DNA of 64,000 bases from an uncultured Alphaproteobacteria bacterium (GTDB lineage: Bacteria > Pseudomonadota > Alphaproteobacteria > HIMB59 > GCA-002718135). Below, piece by piece: positions 37,091 to 45,474 of the stretch. Numbering within the stretch: the stretch's first letter is position 1; the number at the start of each line of letters is the position of its first letter. The DNA is taken from assembly GCA_902615625.1 (NCBI GenBank), contig CACMPM010000006.1, positions 10,173 through 74,172 on the forward strand, written 5' to 3'. The notes beneath the pieces were generated by a model. It made no database searches and had not been told where the DNA came from. It saw only the letters and a list, made by a program, of their open reading frames with translations. Made by a program: the position numbers and the translations under genes.

Positions 37091-39640
37091 TTAAAGAAGT
37101 TTTTCCAAAACTGCAAAAGGAGAATTAGGGTCTCTCTTAATTTTATCTTTTTTAATTGTTTTGTTTATTTTTTTATTAGGTTTATTGTTTACTACCTGTT
37201 TTCTATACTTTTTTTTATTGGAAAGAAAGAATAGTTTCTTCTCATCAGAAATAGTTACATATTGATATCCACAAAAAATCATTATGTCTTTTAGTTGATT
37301 ACTATTACAGCCTATTGGGTTCATAAGATCAGATGATTCTAAAAATGGACCTTTTTTTAATTTTTGTCTTGCAATAAAAAAAACTTTTTCAAAAACATCT
37401 ATTCTGAATATAAAATTTTTTATATTTATGTAACCAATGGATTGCCAATAATTGTCAGGCATTTTGGTTTCAGATGTAAAAGACACTCTGCCATTTAATG
37501 GTAGCGGTAAAAATTCATCATCACTATTTTGATAATATGTTTTCCATAATATCGCACTAAGCTCTAAAGGTTTTTTCTTTAATAAATTTGGCATGAAAAA
37601 ATACTTTGCACCAATTCTTATACCTAACTTTGAAAGTTGGGTTTTGCTTTCTTGAGAAATTGTCTTTAGGGTATCTTTAAATTTTTCAATTGGGTAATTT
37701 CCAAAATTTTCAAAGCAATTAAATGCAATTGCTCTTACTTCTGAATTTATATTTTCATCTAATTTTTTGCTAAGAGGATGAAGGGTATCATTTATTTCTT
37801 TATCTAGCCATTTCTGAAGTTTTGCAGAAACCAATAATTTATTTTCTGACGATAAATATTCAGAATTTAAAGCATCAGCAATTGGCTTGTATATTGAATT
37901 GCCTTTTTTAAATTTTCCTATCGGCTCATCACCCCAGTAAATAAAAGTATCGTCTTTTATTTTAGAATTACTAATGTCACTAAGATTTATTGATTCAAAA
38001 GGTGAGTTCAAAAAATTTTCTACTTTATCATTAATCATATTTCTTACTGATTTTTTTATATTACTAATCGAAAAAAAAGATTGTGAATATATATTTTTAT
38101 CTTCAATTAGATCAAAACCTTTAATAATTCCATATTTATTCTTGTCTAGAAATATTTCATTGTTATTTTTTACAAAATTATCTTCAATATTTAGAAATTC
38201 TTTTTCTCCAATAAAAATTTTTGAGGAATAATCTATAAATTTATTTGTAAGACTTTTATGTAATTGATCAGATAATTCATTTTCTATTTTCTGTGTTATT
38301 TCTTGCCAATAGTATGTATTTTTAAGCCAGCTGTGATTATTTGAAATATATGTCCAAGTTCTGATTTGGGAAATTTTAATTGAAAGCTCAGGTATACCCC
38401 CTCCAAAGTTGTTAAGCTTACTTATCTTAGTGTTGATCCATTCTTCAGGTATAAGGTAATTATTTTTGATTAAGACTAAATAAATTTCTTTTAATAGTAA
38501 TAAGTAATTATCATTAAATAGTTTTTCAAAATCTGGAATTTGGCAAATATCCCACAGTAACTTTAAATTTTTTTTTGATTTAAGAAATTTTTGAATATCA
38601 TTGTCGTTAATTAAATTACGAAAATTAATTTCATCCAAAGCATTTTTTTTATGAATGAAATAATTATTAATTGGATATTTTTTTAATGAAGATAATAATG
38701 TTTCCGTAGAATTGAAATCTAAATCGCTATTTCTCCAATAAAATTTCTGAATATTATCAAAGTTATGGCTCTCTATTTGTTGAATGATTAATGGATCTAA
38801 ATTACCTGCTTCTTTTGTATGACTAAATGTGCCATCCTGTGTATATCTACCTGCTCTTCCAGCAATTTGACCTAATTCATTAGGAGCTAGATTTCGATTA
38901 TATCTACCATCAAATTTCTCTAGCGAAGAGAAACTCACATGATTAATATTTAAATTTAGACCCATCCCAATGGCATCTGTAGCTACAAGATAATCAACAT
39001 TTTTATTTTCATATACCTCAACTTGTGCATTTCTAGTTCTTGGACTAAGTGATCCTAATACAACCGCAGTACCACCCTTATAAGTTCTTATATTTTCTGC
39101 AATTTCATAAACTTTATTAATATTAAATGCTATTATTGCGGATCTAGGTTCAAGTTTTGAAAAATTCTGTTTCTTTAAAAAAGTAAGTTGAGAAAATCTA
39201 TTTTTTTTTTCAATAATAATATTTGGGTAAATTTTTTTTAGTATATTTTCAACATTCATTGATCCTAAAAAAATGGTTTGAAAGTTACCTTTTGAATTTA
39301 GAATTCTATCTGTAAAAATATGCCCACGTTCATAATCAGCAGCTAATTGAATTTCATCAATAATGACACAATCTACGGGAATATCATTTGGCATTGACTC
39401 AACAGTGCAGAAAAAATATTTGGCTTCTTTGGGTAATATTTTTTCCTCTCCAGTAACTAAAGCTACTTTACTTAGTCCAATTCTTTTTACTGCTTTGTCG
39501 TAATTTTCTCTGGCAAGTAACCTTAAGGGAAAACCAAATATTCCAGAAGAGTAAGAAAGTAATTTTTCAAATGCTGCATAGGTTTTACCTGTATTTGTAG
39601 GCCCAAGTATGGCTAATAGGTTTTCATCTGTATTAGACAT
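37091..39640 (-). CDS. Suv3-like superfamily-2 helicase with a long uncharacterised C-terminal region
   Basis: 849 aa. ILGPTNTGKTY (Walker A, as in SUV3 GPTNSGKTY), IIDEIQ (motif II) and the QIAGRAGR motif define a helicase core of about 330 aa. About 500 further residues have no motif I recognise. Confidence 0.8.
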   Translation of the reverse strand: MSNTDENLLAILGPTNTGKTYAAFEKLLSYSSGIFGFPLRLLARENYDKAVKRIGLSKVALVTGEEKILPKEAKYFFCTVESMPNDIPVDCVIIDEIQLAADYERGHIFTDRILNSKGNFQTIFLGSMNVENILKKIYPNIIIEKKNRFSQLTFLKKQNFSKLEPRSAIIAFNINKVYEIAENIRTYKGGTAVVLGSLSPRTRNAQVEVYENKNVDYLVATDAIGMGLNLNINHVSFSSLEKFDGRYNRNLAPNELGQIAGRAGRYTQDGTFSHTKEAGNLDPLIIQQIESHNFDNIQKFYWRNSDLDFNSTETLLSSLKKYPINNYFIHKKNALDEINFRNLINDNDIQKFLKSKKNLKLLWDICQIPDFEKLFNDNYLLLLKEIYLVLIKNNYLIPEEWINTKISKLNNFGGGIPELSIKISQIRTWTYISNNHSWLKNTYYWQEITQKIENELSDQLHKSLTNKFIDYSSKIFIGEKEFLNIEDNFVKNNNEIFLDKNKYGIIKGFDLIEDKNIYSQSFFSISNIKKSVRNMINDKVENFLNSPFESINLSDISNSKIKDDTFIYWGDEPIGKFKKGNSIYKPIADALNSEYLSSENKLLVSAKLQKWLDKEINDTLHPLSKKLDENINSEVRAIAFNCFENFGNYPIEKFKDTLKTISQESKTQLSKLGIRIGAKYFFMPNLLKKKPLELSAILWKTYYQNSDDEFLPLPLNGRVSFTSETKMPDNYWQSIGYINIKNFIFRIDVFEKVFFIARQKLKKGPFLESSDLMNPIGCNSNQLKDIMIFCGYQYVTISDEKKLFFLSNKKKYRKQVVNNKPNKKINKTIKKDKIKRDPNSPFAVLEKLL

Positions 39641-39644
39641 TGAT

Positions 39645-42287
39645 TTAAGCAGCTTCTGAAATTATTTCATTTAATACGTAATTTAAAATTCCTCCTGCTT
39701 TGTAATATTCTAGTTCTTTATTTGTATCTATTCTGCACTTTAATTTTATATCGTTAATTTCTTTAGAATTTATTTTACAATTAAGTGCGATACCTGGTTT
39801 TAAATCTGACAAACCAGTTATGGATATAAATTCTTCACCTTTAATATTGAGGTTTATTCTGTTTTCATTATTCATAAATTCAAGAGGCAAAACACCCATT
39901 CCAATTAAATTAGATCTATGAATCCTCTCAAAGCTTTCAGCAATAACTGCTCTAACTCCTAAAAGTCTTGTTCCTTTTGCCGCCCAATCTCTTGATGAAC
40001 CTGTACCATATTCTTTTCCAGCAATTATTACAGTATCAATATTGCTTTTTATATATTCTTGAGCAGCATCATAAATTGACATTTGTTTATTAGAGAGAAA
40101 AGATTTCGTGTACCCTCCTTCTACATTATCTAAGATCTGATTCTTGATTCTTATATTTGCAAAAGTTCCTCTCATCATAATTTCATGATTGCCTCTTCTA
40201 GATCCATAGGAATTAAAGTTTCTAGAATTAATCTGTCTGTCTGTTAAATAGAGACCTGCGGGACTATCTTCTTTAATATTTCCCGCAGGTGAAATATGGT
40301 CAGTTGTAACGCTATCACCAAGTAATGCTAGTATTCTTGCATTTTCTATATCTCTTAGTTCAAATTTATTTTTTATATCAAAAAAAGGTGGGTGCTTTAT
40401 GTAAGTACTAGTATCGTTCCAATCATAAGTTGTGTTTTTAGAATTGTTAATTGATTTCCAGTTATCATCTCCTTTGTAAATTTCTTTGTATCTTTCTTTA
40501 AACATCTCTGGAGTTAAACACAAACTAAGTGTCTCATTAATTTCTTTATTTGATGGCCATAAATCTTTTAGATATATTTTTTTTCCAGATTTAGATTTAC
40601 CTATAGATTCAGTTGTAAGGTTAACATTAATATTTCCTGCAATAGCATAAGCGACAACAAGAGGGGGTGAGGCAAGAAAATTCGCTTTTACTTCTTGATG
40701 AACTCTACCCTCGAAGTTTCTATTTCCAGATAAAACTGAACAAACAGTTAAATTATTTTTTTTGATTTCATTAGACACCCATTCATCTAAGGGTCCAGAA
40801 TTACCGATACAGGTTGTACATCCATAGCCAACGGTATTGAAACCTAAAAGATCAAGATATTCTGTTAATCCGGCTTTATCAAGATAATCACTAACTACTT
40901 TACTGCCTGGTGCTAAACTTGTCTTCACCCAAGGCTTTACTTCTAAACCTAAACTAATTGCCTTTTTTGCAACTAACCCTGCTGCGATCATAACATTAGG
41001 ATTGGATGTATTTGTACAACTAGTAATGGCTGCGATTACAACATCACCTGTATTTAATCTGTTTTTATTTGTAATTTTTTTGTTGTCCATCTTACTAAAT
41101 TCATTTGGTACTTCTTTTAAAAGAATTTTGTCTTGAGGTCTTTTTGGGCCTGCGAGAGTAGGTTCGACTGTTTCTAAATCTAATAATATTTTGTCAGAAA
41201 AATCTGGTGAATAATTATCGTCTGCCCAAAGTGTTTGTTTTTTTGAATATTCTTTGACTATATTTAAGTGCTCAGTTTGTTTGCCAGTTAATTTAAGATA
41301 ATTAATTGTTTCTTCATCTGTTGGAAAAAATCCACAAGTTGCTCCGTACTCTGGAGCCATGTTAGAAATTGTTGCTCTGTCAGCTAATGATAAATTGTTT
41401 AAGCCTTTACCATAAAATTCTACAAACTTTCCGACAACGCCTTTTTCTCTCAGCATTTTAGTAATAGATAAAACTAAATCAGTAGCTGTTATACCTTCCT
41501 TCAAAGATCCTTTAAGTTCGAAACCAATGACCTCTGGAATATTCATGGAAATTGCTTGTCCTAACATCGCAGCTTCAGCTTCTATTCCTCCAACTCCCCA
41601 TCCTAAAACAGAAAGAGAGTTCACCATTGTAGTATGGCTGTCTGTTCCTACAACAGAATCTGGGAATAAATAATTTTGATTATTGATTTCCTTTAACCAT
41701 ATAGTCTTGGCTATGTTTTCTAAATTTACTTGATGACAAATTCCTGCTCCTGGGGGCACAAGATAAAAGTTATCGAATGAGTTTTGTCCCCATTTAAGAA
41801 ATTCATATCTTTCTTTATTTCTATCAAATTCTTTTCTAACATTTTCTTTCAAAGCATTATTATCTTTATATTTATCAACCATAACAGAGTGGTCTATAAC
41901 AAGATCTACTCTTGATAACGGGTTTATTTTTTTTGGCTCAATGCCTTTTGATTTCAATGCATTTCGCATTGCGGCAAGATCGGCAACAGCAGGTACTCCT
42001 GTAAAATCCTGCATTAAAACTCTCGTAGGGAAAAAGGCTATTTCAATTTTTTCATCTTTCTTATTAATTTCTTTTAAAGAATTGAAAACTTTAAAGAGCA
42101 TATCTTTATTAATATTCTCACCATCCTCGTTTCTAAGTAAATTTTCAATTATTATTTTTATAGTAATTGGGATTTTACTTAGATCAGTATCAAAATATTC
42201 AGCTGCTTTATTTAAATTAAAATACTTGAATTTTTGATCGTTTATTTCAATTGTATCTTCTGAATTGAAGGAATTTCTATTTTTCAT
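39645..42287 (-). CDS. acnA: Aconitate hydratase A
   Basis: 880 aa with MQDFTGVPAVADLAAMR, TDSHTTM, Fe-S Cys motifs (ITSCTN, GCTTCIGNSG) and GSSRDWAAKG. Confidence 0.95.
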   Translation of the reverse strand: MKNRNSFNSEDTIEINDQKFKYFNLNKAAEYFDTDLSKIPITIKIIIENLLRNEDGENINKDMLFKVFNSLKEINKKDEKIEIAFFPTRVLMQDFTGVPAVADLAAMRNALKSKGIEPKKINPLSRVDLVIDHSVMVDKYKDNNALKENVRKEFDRNKERYEFLKWGQNSFDNFYLVPPGAGICHQVNLENIAKTIWLKEINNQNYLFPDSVVGTDSHTTMVNSLSVLGWGVGGIEAEAAMLGQAISMNIPEVIGFELKGSLKEGITATDLVLSITKMLREKGVVGKFVEFYGKGLNNLSLADRATISNMAPEYGATCGFFPTDEETINYLKLTGKQTEHLNIVKEYSKKQTLWADDNYSPDFSDKILLDLETVEPTLAGPKRPQDKILLKEVPNEFSKMDNKKITNKNRLNTGDVVIAAITSCTNTSNPNVMIAAGLVAKKAISLGLEVKPWVKTSLAPGSKVVSDYLDKAGLTEYLDLLGFNTVGYGCTTCIGNSGPLDEWVSNEIKKNNLTVCSVLSGNRNFEGRVHQEVKANFLASPPLVVAYAIAGNINVNLTTESIGKSKSGKKIYLKDLWPSNKEINETLSLCLTPEMFKERYKEIYKGDDNWKSINNSKNTTYDWNDTSTYIKHPPFFDIKNKFELRDIENARILALLGDSVTTDHISPAGNIKEDSPAGLYLTDRQINSRNFNSYGSRRGNHEIMMRGTFANIRIKNQILDNVEGGYTKSFLSNKQMSIYDAAQEYIKSNIDTVIIAGKEYGTGSSRDWAAKGTRLLGVRAVIAESFERIHRSNLIGMGVLPLEFMNNENRINLNIKGEEFISITGLSDLKPGIALNCKINSKEINDIKLKCRIDTNKELEYYKAGGILNYVLNEIISEAA

Positions 42288-42492
42288 GCTAAAGTTGATA
42301 AATAATTATAATAATTAAATAGTATGAAGATAAATTTTTGTATAGCAAAATGTTTATTTATTATAAGTTTTCTGCGAAAAATAAAAAGTAAAGTTGGTTT
42401 TTTTATATTAAGTTTTTGTAAAAATAATAATTTGAATCAATAATAAGATAAATTTTAAAATACTGGTATATTGTTGACTTTAATCGTAAGTT

Positions 42493-42521
42493 TTGGGAAT
42501 AAATGCTTAGCCTTTTATAAT
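42493..42521 (+). promoter_or_regulatory. Putative sigma-70 promoter of the poly-Lys gene (TTGGGA-17 nt-TATAAT)
   Basis: TTGGGA is at 42493-98 and a perfect TATAAT is at 42516-21. This predicts a leader of about 55 nt. Confidence 0.4.
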
Positions 42522-42582
42522 TATCACTACTTTGATAATGGAGGGAGGTTCCTCCGGGGTAACAAAATACAAGGAGTATTTT

Positions 42583-42759
42583 ATGGCTAAGAAGAAAAAG
42601 AAAGCTGCTCCAAAGAAAAAGAAAAAAGCAGCTCCTAAGAAAAAGAAAAAAGCAGCTCCTAAGAAGAAAAAGAAAAAAGCTGCTCCTAAGAAAAAGAAAA
42701 AAGCAGCTCCTAAGAAGAAAAAGAAAAAAGCTGCTAAAAAGAAGAAAAAGAGAAGATAG
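42583..42759 (+). CDS. 58-aa poly-lysine tandem-repeat protein, (K5-6 A A P)x6, histone-H1-tail-like
   Basis: MAKKKKKAAPKKKKKAAPKKKKKAAPKKKKKKAAPKKKKKAAPKKKKKKAAKKKKKRR. It has 37 K plus 2 R out of 58 residues and no acidic residues. The AAGGAG SD at 42571-76 lies 6 nt before the ATG. It has its own promoter-like boxes and a canonical terminator. Confidence 0.7.
   Translation: MAKKKKKAAPKKKKKAAPKKKKKAAPKKKKKKAAPKKKKKAAPKKKKKKAAKKKKKRR
42589..42753 (+). repeat. In-frame 24/27-nt tandem DNA repeat encoding the KKKKK(K)AAP units
   Basis: Unit AAGAAAAAGAAAAAAGCAGCTCCT occurs three times identically and alternates with the 27-nt unit AAGAAGAAAAAGAAAAAAGCTGCTCC(T). Confidence 0.9.
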
Positions 42760-42777
42760 TTATACTTCTATTTCTCG

Positions 42778-42828
42778 AGAAAACTTTAATTTAAAGTTTT
42801 CTTTTTCTTATCTTTTTCAAAAAGATAA
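42778..42828. repeat. Two adjacent perfect A/T-rich palindromes
   Basis: AGAAAACTTTAA-T-TTAAAGTTTTCT is at 42778-42802. TTATCTTTTT-C-AAAAAGATAA is at 42808-42828. Confidence 0.85.
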
Positions 42829-42853
42829 AACGGGGTTCTGCCCCGTTTTTTTT
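42827..42853 (+). terminator. Rho-independent terminator of the poly-Lys gene
   Basis: ACGGGG-UUCUG-CCCCGU stem-loop followed by a run of 8 U. Confidence 0.85.
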
Positions 42854-42888
42854 ATTGTTTTATATCAAAAAGTAATTAGGTTTTAATA

Positions 42889-43494
42889 ATGTTAATTGTT
42901 AAGGATTTGTCGGTACAAAGATTAGATAAAGCAATATTTGAAAATATTAGCTTATCTCTTTCACCTAGAAATATTACAATTTTAAAAGGGAAAAATGGAT
43001 CAGGCAAAACTACCTTACTAAAAGCAATTTTGAATATTATAGAGCCCTCTTTTGGATCAATATATTGGAAAGGAAAATTGTTAAAAAAAAATCTATATGA
43101 TTTCTATAATCATGTTACTTATATTCCTGACACAACAACAAGTTTAAAAAAATTAACCATCAGAGATAATATAAATATTTGGAAAAAATTTTTTATTTCA
43201 GATATTAATAATGCACAAATTGAAACAGCATTAAAAACCTTAAAACTGGATAATAATTTAAATAAAAAAGTTGGAACATTATCTTTTGGTGAAACAAAAA
43301 AATTAGAATTTTTAAGATTAATTATAGAAAACAAAAATGTTTGGATTTTAGATGAGCCTTTTTCAAATCTGGATGACGATTCAATTGAATTGATGAAACA
43401 AACTTTTGAAGATCATTGTGCTAATGAAGGTTCTATAATTTTTAGCTCACATCAAAATCCAGGAATTTATGTAACAGAAGAAATGGAATTATAA
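42889..43494 (+). CDS. ccmA: Heme exporter ATP-binding protein CcmA
   Basis: 201 aa with GKNGSGKTTL Walker A, the LSFGETKK signature and ILDEP Walker B. First gene of the ccm cluster. Confidence 0.9.
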   Translation: MLIVKDLSVQRLDKAIFENISLSLSPRNITILKGKNGSGKTTLLKAILNIIEPSFGSIYWKGKLLKKNLYDFYNHVTYIPDTTTSLKKLTIRDNINIWKKFFISDINNAQIETALKTLKLDNNLNKKVGTLSFGETKKLEFLRLIIENKNVWILDEPFSNLDDDSIELMKQTFEDHCANEGSIIFSSHQNPGIYVTEEMEL

Positions 43495-43499
43495 AAATA

Positions 43500-44171
43500 A
43501 TGAAATTTTTAAATAAAATAATTTTCTTTTATTTTAGAGAATACAAATTAAATATGAGTGGTGTTCAAGATATTTTAACAAATATTATTTTCTTTTTCGT
43601 ATCAATATTTATATTTATTTTCTCTATTGGACCAGATAAGGAAACAATTTCTTTGATAGGAGTGGGTATAGTGTGGACACTATTATTATTAAGTTCAACT
43701 TTGTCTCTAAGAAAATTTTATCAAGATGATTTTGAGAATGGCAATCTATTGATTATACATTTAAATGGGTTGAGTTTTGGTTTTATTGCTATTTTAAAAA
43801 CTTTTTCACATTTTTTATTCGTACAAGTACCTTTTCTATTATCAATACCAATCGCTTGTGTATTACTAAATATTGCAAATGATAAACTCTTCTACCTCCT
43901 TACAAGTTTTGGCATAGCATCACTTACACTATCATGTTTAGGTTCAATTTCATCTTCAATGAACCTTATGAATCAAAGAAACTATCTTCTGGGTAGTGTC
44001 ATAGTTATGATATTTAGTGTTCCAATAATTATTTTTTCAGTAAGTATTATAAATATGGAAGAAAACTTTAATTCTCTTATAAATATATTATTTGGAATAT
44101 TATTAATAGTTTTTGCCATAAACCCCTGGGCAAGTGGGTTATGCCTCAAACTTTCATTAGAAAATAATTAA
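43500..44171 (+). CDS. ccmB: Heme exporter membrane protein CcmB
   Basis: 223 aa, 6 TM helices, positioned between ccmA and ccmC. Confidence 0.85.
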   Translation: MKFLNKIIFFYFREYKLNMSGVQDILTNIIFFFVSIFIFIFSIGPDKETISLIGVGIVWTLLLLSSTLSLRKFYQDDFENGNLLIIHLNGLSFGFIAILKTFSHFLFVQVPFLLSIPIACVLLNIANDKLFYLLTSFGIASLTLSCLGSISSSMNLMNQRNYLLGSVIVMIFSVPIIIFSVSIINMEENFNSLINILFGILLIVFAINPWASGLCLKLSLENN

Positions 44172-44172
44172 A

Positions 44173-44871
44173 ATGAAGTTCTTAGTTAATCCTGGTAAAT
44201 TTAATGAGATAGCTGATTATATATTTAAACCATTACTGTTCTTATCATTCATATTCTTTGCTTTAGGATTATTGTTTTCTTTTTATCTATCGCCAGATGA
44301 TTATCAGCAAGGATCTACGGTAAGAATAATGTATGTACATGTTCCAAGTGCATGGTTAGCTTTACTAACTTATGCAATAATGACTTTTTATAGCATTATG
44401 GCACTTGCTTTTAGAATACCCTTCGGCTTTATTTTTAATACAGCAGTTGCTCCAATAGGCGCAGTTTTTACTTTGATATGTATAATAAGTGGATCTTTAT
44501 GGGGAAAACCAATGTGGGGCACTTGGTGGGTGTGGGATGCTCGTCTAACTTCAGTTGCAATACTTTTTATTATTTATCTAATTATTATTTTTATGAATTA
44601 TTCTTTTGAAAATAGGATTGTAAGAGAAAAAGTTATTGCTATCTTTATTCTTGTAGGATCAGTAAATCTACCAATAGTGAAATTTTCTGTAGATTGGTGG
44701 AATACCCTACATCAACCTGCAACAATTAGTAAATTATCAAAACCAAGCATTGATTCTTCAATGATGACACCTTTAATAATTATGACACTAGCTTTTATAA
44801 TGATTGGAATAGCAATAGCTATTTTAAGAATAAAAACAGAGATCATTTCAAGAAAGTCAAATCTAAGTTAA
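44173..44871 (+). CDS. ccmC: Heme exporter protein CcmC
   Basis: 232 aa with the Trp-rich motif WGTWWVWDARLTS. Confidence 0.95.
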   Translation: MKFLVNPGKFNEIADYIFKPLLFLSFIFFALGLLFSFYLSPDDYQQGSTVRIMYVHVPSAWLALLTYAIMTFYSIMALAFRIPFGFIFNTAVAPIGAVFTLICIISGSLWGKPMWGTWWVWDARLTSVAILFIIYLIIIFMNYSFENRIVREKVIAIFILVGSVNLPIVKFSVDWWNTLHQPATISKLSKPSIDSSMMTPLIIMTLAFIMIGIAIAILRIKTEIISRKSNLS

Positions 44872-44932
44872 TTTGTGACTTTTAGTCCATTGGATTAAGT
44901 TTCAATCCTAATTATTTTTGTTATTAGATATT

Positions 44933-45037
44933 ATGTATTTTTGGTATATTTTAGGTTCTTATATTACAGCATTTCTTTTAATATTTTTATTATTATTTTT
45001 TAGTTACTTAAAATTTAGAAGAATTAGAAATAAATGA
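44933..45037 (+). CDS. ccmD: Heme exporter protein CcmD (minimal, 34 aa)
   Basis: Not in the ORF track. The sequence MYFWYILGSYITAFLLIFLLLFFSYLKFRRIRNK has one TM helix and a basic tail. Its stop overlaps the ccmE start (ATGA), and it occupies the canonical ccmC-ccmD-ccmE position. Confidence 0.6.
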   Translation: MYFWYILGSYITAFLLIFLLLFFSYLKFRRIRNK

Positions 45038-45474
45038 GTTTACGCTTTCAAAGACTACTTCTTATAATGCTTACGTTGGTAATAATACTAAGTGCTGTTT
45101 TGCTAATTTTATATAATGCCAGAGAAAATGTATCATATTTTTATACACCATCTGAAATTGATAAATCAGAAATTACAATTAATAAAATAATTAGGATAGG
45201 AGGTTTCGTAGAAAATGATAGTTTTAATAAGATCTCGTCAAGTAAATTTAAATTTAGAATTACAGATGAAAAAGCATCAATACTTGTTACGTTTAATGGA
45301 ATTCTTCCTGATTTATTTAGAGAAGGACAAGGTGCTGTGATAGAGGGTGCTTTTGTTGATAATGATATTTTTAATGCAACTAATGTTTTTGCAAAACATG
45401 ATGAAAATTATATGCCAGCATCAATTAAAGAAGATCTAAAAGGTACAGGTTATTGGAATAAAAAATATAAATGA
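45034..45474 (+). CDS. ccmE: Cytochrome c-type biogenesis heme chaperone CcmE
   Basis: 146 aa with an N-terminal anchor and the heme-binding FAKHDENYMP motif. Confidence 0.95.
   Translation: MSLRFQRLLLIMLTLVIILSAVLLILYNARENVSYFYTPSEIDKSEITINKIIRIGGFVENDSFNKISSSKFKFRITDEKASILVTFNGILPDLFREGQGAVIEGAFVDNDIFNATNVFAKHDENYMPASIKEDLKGTGYWNKKYK

Noticed and set aside
36624-39640. TerB-like protein next to a large helicase, considered as a possible anti-phage defence pair
   Set aside because: The helicase is Suv3-like (RNA metabolism). The block is embedded in conserved housekeeping synteny (acnA, fdxA, carD, rpoH). There is no nuclease, methylase, TIR, Sir2 or toxin partner and no compositional break.
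42325-42444. 39-codon ORF (MKINFCIAKCLFIISFLRKIK...) in the acnA/poly-Lys intergenic region
   Set aside because: It has no SD and lies in a promoter-type AT-rich spacer, and its composition mirrors the AT bias. It is probably a chance ORF.
42532-42582. TTG-initiated 17-codon N-terminal extension of the poly-Lys ORF (MIMEGGSSGVTKYKEYF)
   Set aside because: The internal ATG at 42583 has a perfect AAGGAG SD at ideal spacing. The extension would start within ~5 nt of the predicted TSS and consists of the GGAGG/CCUCC leader element.
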